A DNA stretch of 64,000 nucleotides. Origin: Paragordius varius (Eukaryota; Animalia; Nematomorpha). Positions 52,402 to 64,000 of the stretch are shown here, piece by piece. Made by a program: the position numbers and the translations under genes. The stretch covers positions 1,302,001 through 1,366,000 of the forward strand of contig OZ176060.1 of the NCBI GenBank assembly GCA_964247055.1, read 5' to 3'. The notes under the pieces were generated by a model. That model made no database searches and was not told the origin of the DNA. It saw only the letters and a program-made list of their open reading frames with translations. Positions within the stretch are counted from its first letter, which is position 1; each line of letters starts with the position of its first letter.

Positions 52402-53293
52402 GTTACATACAATTTGAACGAACCTTAATGTGGTCACATGATTTTTTTTTGTAAAAAACATGCATTTTTTAGGAGATTTTATGAAAAAATAATTTATACG
52501 ATTTTATGAAAAAAATAATTTATACGTTTGTATGTAATTTTTAATGCAATTTTAAAATTTATAATGCATTAACTTTGATAAAGCAACTAACAAAAAATTA
52601 TTATTAGCAAAAGTCCAGAAATTAAATGTTAAATTTATGATAGAGCGTTAAGGTATCGTGTAAAGAAAAATATATTTTAATTCAATTACAATAGAAGTAT
52701 AAAAGATGTTTTTTTCTCATTTTTAAGTTAAAAGGCCATAAAATAAATGTTGAGATTTCGATATGTTCAAAAAACGAATGTTTTGAGATTATTTTGTTTT
52801 TTTAAAATAACTACAATTAAATTTTAAAGTCAAAACATGCACGTTTTTTAAAATATGCGTTACTTTTGCAATAATGGCTGTAAATATTAATACTTAAAGC
52901 ACCATAAATGTCCTGATATTTTTAACAAAAATTAAATATGCGTTATGAATAGTACAATTTATAATTTTTTGCGTTTTTTATTTATCTTAACGGGTTTGAT
53001 GTTATATTAATATAATAAATATTTAAATTTATATCATAGGCGTTTTAACATATGCCTTTACTGTATTGTTGTCTCAAAATACATGAACCACATAAATGTT
53101 AACCTAAATTTTTTTATCAAAATAATATGAATTTCATAATAACCAATAACAATTCAATTAACCGGAGCAAATACAGGAAAAACTAAAGATAACGCTACAG
53201 TATTACAATTTTAAGTAAGATACTCAAGTTTTGATTTTACAGACAATAACCATGGTTTGTGCTTTTGATTATTTGTTGAGATTTAATTATTAA

Positions 53294-53810
53294 CACTTCG
53301 ATTCAAATTGGGGGGCTTCTATACCCCAGACTAAATTTAATTTAAAATTTATAGAAACTACAGAAGGCAACGGTCCCATTTTAAATTTATGCTATCCTAA
53401 TTAAAATTATATAAATAAGCTAAATCTTAATAAAATTTAGTTTTGAAAAAAAAATTCCATACAAACTACTACGCCATTTTCGTTTTGCAATGCATAATAT
53501 CCTGTTCATTAATTTTTAAAGGTATAATTGAGGCATTTATTTAAATCACTATAGCATTGATAGAAGGTGAAAAAGTGGTTTATTTTGTATAATTTTTCAA
53601 TCAGTCAATGCCACATGTCACGTTGTTTAATTTTTTATGTTTAAGTTAACCCTAAAATCTAATATCAAGTATTTTTGAATAAGTTTATATATTCCGGTTT
53701 ATCAATGTTATATAAGTGATTTTTTAAAGTATTTAATTTAAACAGGCCTGGGGTATCCAACTACCCCAATTGGAATCAAAGGACTGAAATCAATGTGGTG
53801 TATCCAAGTG
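53294..53810 (-). mobile_element. piggyBac-like TTAA MITE, diverged
   Basis: TTAA|CACTTCGATTCAAATTGGGG...GTATCCAAGTG|TTGA. Confidence 0.75.
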
Positions 53811-55903
53811 TTGAAATGGTATTTTATTTATTGTGGGTTTTTCTTTATTAGCATTTTAATTCATTTAAGCCCTAAATAGACGACCAATAGATAAGCAAGT
53901 ACTACTAAAATCAGTCAGCAGCATTGATTGTAAATAAAAAATATGTGATTAATTTAATATATTATCAATTTTAGCAAAACTTATTAGGTCTATATCACTT
54001 TGCCTACGATCAAAATTTCTAAATTCTAAAGTGGCCTGCATAGTGGATTGTGGCAATATCTTACTTAATAACTATATATAAAATCTAAGGCCTTTTCCTT
54101 AAGCTTGAAGTAGGTTGAAGCTTTGACGGCCAAAATCGTATAAAACTTTTATAAAATAAATGCATTAGGATACCTATAGGTATTTGGATAGATTTAGAAA
54201 TTATTTCAAAAAGTTTTTCCAACTTTATGCGTATTCCCAAAATCGAAAAGCGCAACATTAGGACTCATTATGCTCCATTAGTTTGTTAATCCAAAAATCG
54301 TTTGAAACATATTAGTTAATAAATAAAATATTTATCGCTCCTGTTTGTGTATATTTATGAGATTGCAGATTCATGCGGCCGAATTTATAAAAATACTTTA
54401 ATATAATCTAATGCTAGTGAAGATTTTATTTACCTCAGAATGATAAATAACACATTTTTGCTTTCAATTTTATATTTATTATTTAGAAAAATTTAACGTG
54501 GATAATTTTTAAAAAATTATATACTATGGTTTCGAAAACAAATTTTAGCGCATATCTGGAGCGTATTATAAGGTGTTAAGAAACGGTATTTTATAGGAAT
54601 ATATAAAATTCTATGCGACTAAATATCGAATTTTCATCGCCCTTTTTTTCTAACTTAATTGAATTAAAAATTTATCAACGCATAGAATAAGATAGTGTTT
54701 ATAAAGTTTTATATACCATCTCATCATACTATCAATTATCCTAAATAATTTCGCAAGCTTATTTTTAAAAATTTTTTTACAAATATTTTAATGTATAAAC
54801 TAAAACAACATTTTGCCTAATATATTTAAACAATATTTAAAGGAAGAAATTTAAGTAGGCACTAATTTTGTGATAAAAGCAATTACCAAAATATAACCCT
54901 TTACAACTCGTAAGCCGCGAAAAAACCATGAAAATTTTAACGATACCATAACATATATCTTTTTTTGAATCCCCCGACTGTTTTAATTCTGCAAAAAATG
55001 CAAAATTTAAAAAAAATGCATTTAATCGCTAAATAATGTGTGTATTTTTAATTTAATATTATTTTTATATTAGGTTTATACACAAAAAAGATATATAAGA
55101 ATTATATGTTAATATATTATTCATGGTAAAAAAATTATTATGTGCAATAAATTAATAAAAAAATCAATTCATATCCATTGAATGAAAAATATGTCTAATG
55201 GGTGAGTGCTGCTTTAGTTAAAATAAAAAAATAATTATAAATATATAATTATATGTAAAATGGAATTATACATAGCCATATATTCAATAATAAAAATTAT
55301 TGAAAGTAAGTTTATCCAAAAAATTGATAAATTTCCAAAATAATTTATTAAGTGGTAAATTTTTAACCATTATTAATGGGGGTCTTTTCGTTATATGTCT
55401 TGTGATAGTATAATGAAAATGATATATTTAAATCTTAAAGCCGCAAAAAATAACTTATTAAATACGGTGAAGACATGTAAGTGTTTTAAAGCAAACATAA
55501 GTATTATATAATAATAGGGTATATGTTTTGCGTTAACATCCAATGATTTTATGTTTGAGCTAGGTTGGATTAATAAAATGTAAAAAAATAATTTTAAAAT
55601 GAAAAAACATAAATAGTAAAAGACCAATATTTATGCAGAAGTGAAACCATATATCTTGATACCTTATTTATTTCATAAAGCCTATAGGTTACAATTCTGA
55701 AATAAAAAGTCTGGATATTAATTTCATTCGTCTATGCTCTCTATTTCAACTCGAAACCATAGACCGGTAAAAAAACCAAGTTTTATATTAATATTCTATT
55801 TTATAAAAATGCTTCTTGGCCTTTTATATTCTAATTTATATGTTTTTTCTCTTTAAAATTTTACTTTTTCACTCATATAAAAAATAAATTATAGAGTTTA
55901 ATA

Positions 55904-63173
<7,270 letters not shown>

Positions 63174-63509
63174 ACCTGAAATGTGTACCGATTAATTTTT
63201 TGAAAGCATGTTGGCCCGTGTAAAACAATGCACGAGGAAAAATAATGTAACTCATCAAAATAATTTTTTAAATAATATTCGTAAGCTTAACAGTTGGTTT
63301 TATATTACAATTGGTTGTCCCAGGTAACTTAAAAAATATATATTATTTACAAATTAAGAGCTAAGTTTTATGCTTTAAATAATAATAATAAACTATATAA
63401 TTTAGATAAAATTTATTTAGGATAAAACATTCGCAATCAAACTTGGTAGCCATTTTAATTTAAGAACTTTTGGAAAATCAGAAATACGAAACATATATAT
63501 GTAAATAAT

Positions 63510-64000
63510 AACTTACTACAACACATTTTCAGTGTTTTAATTCAAATTGGGGTGGTTCGATACGCGCTTGTTAAAATTAAATATATTAATTAAATCATGG
63601 CATTATATTATTAATAAATCGTAATATGATTCAAAAATACTTGATATTATTTGCTGAGAAGTAAAAACCAAAGGTAAAAACTTAGACATGACATGTGCAA
63701 AAACTAAATATAATAATAATGCAAAATATACCTTTTTGTTTATATTAATGTTAAATGTGATTTTAATAAAATAATAAACTTAATTTTAAGCATAGAATCC
63801 AATAGACACGATATTTGGCAAACATGTTGTAAAAAAATGGCGTCCAAGTAGTTGATATGGTACTTTTTTTCCAAAACTGAATATTATTTAAATATTTTAT
63901 TTATATATAATAAAATAGAAGCATATATTGGAACCGTTTCTTTCAGCATCTTTTTAAAAATCAAATAATATTGCTTGAGGTATTTAGGTTCCATTTGAAT
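63510..64000 (+). mobile_element. piggyBac-like MITE, highly degenerate, running to the window edge
   Basis: Retains ATTCAAATTGGGGT, AAAATGGCGTCCAAGTAG and GAAGCATA..GGAACCGTTTC blocks of the family. Confidence 0.6.

Overview
Very AT-rich animal genomic DNA with the standard genetic code and GT-AG introns; the organism cannot be named from the sequence alone. Five host genes were reconstructed by hand with in-frame splice phases: intronless ARL1 (+), a 94-aa secreted antistasin-like peptide with an Arg/Pro/Thr tail (-, absent from the ORF track), RPL6/eL6 (+, 4 exons), RPS5/uS7 (-, 3 exons) and AP2M1 (-, 10 exons). Intergenic and intronic space holds a TTAA-flanked piggyBac-like MITE family (10 copies, several nested), Tc1/mariner-like MITEs, two decayed hAT elements (Buster-like and Blackjack-like), a TA-targeting MITE whose 21-bp subterminal repeat has expanded into a 3.5-kb higher-order satellite, and a 795-bp higher-order satellite. 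The most unusual signal is in the two ribosomal protein genes. Five of their seven exons are followed by tandem same-strand copies of the exon's own 3' end plus the splice donor (or stop codon). These copies differ from the real exon, and from each other, mostly at synonymous codon positions, and amino-acid changes tend to fall at the 5' edge of each copy. Neutral intronic duplicates should not show this. It suggests the copies cycle into the coding exon by recombination, or are recent captures of divergent alleles. No such copies were seen in AP2M1.
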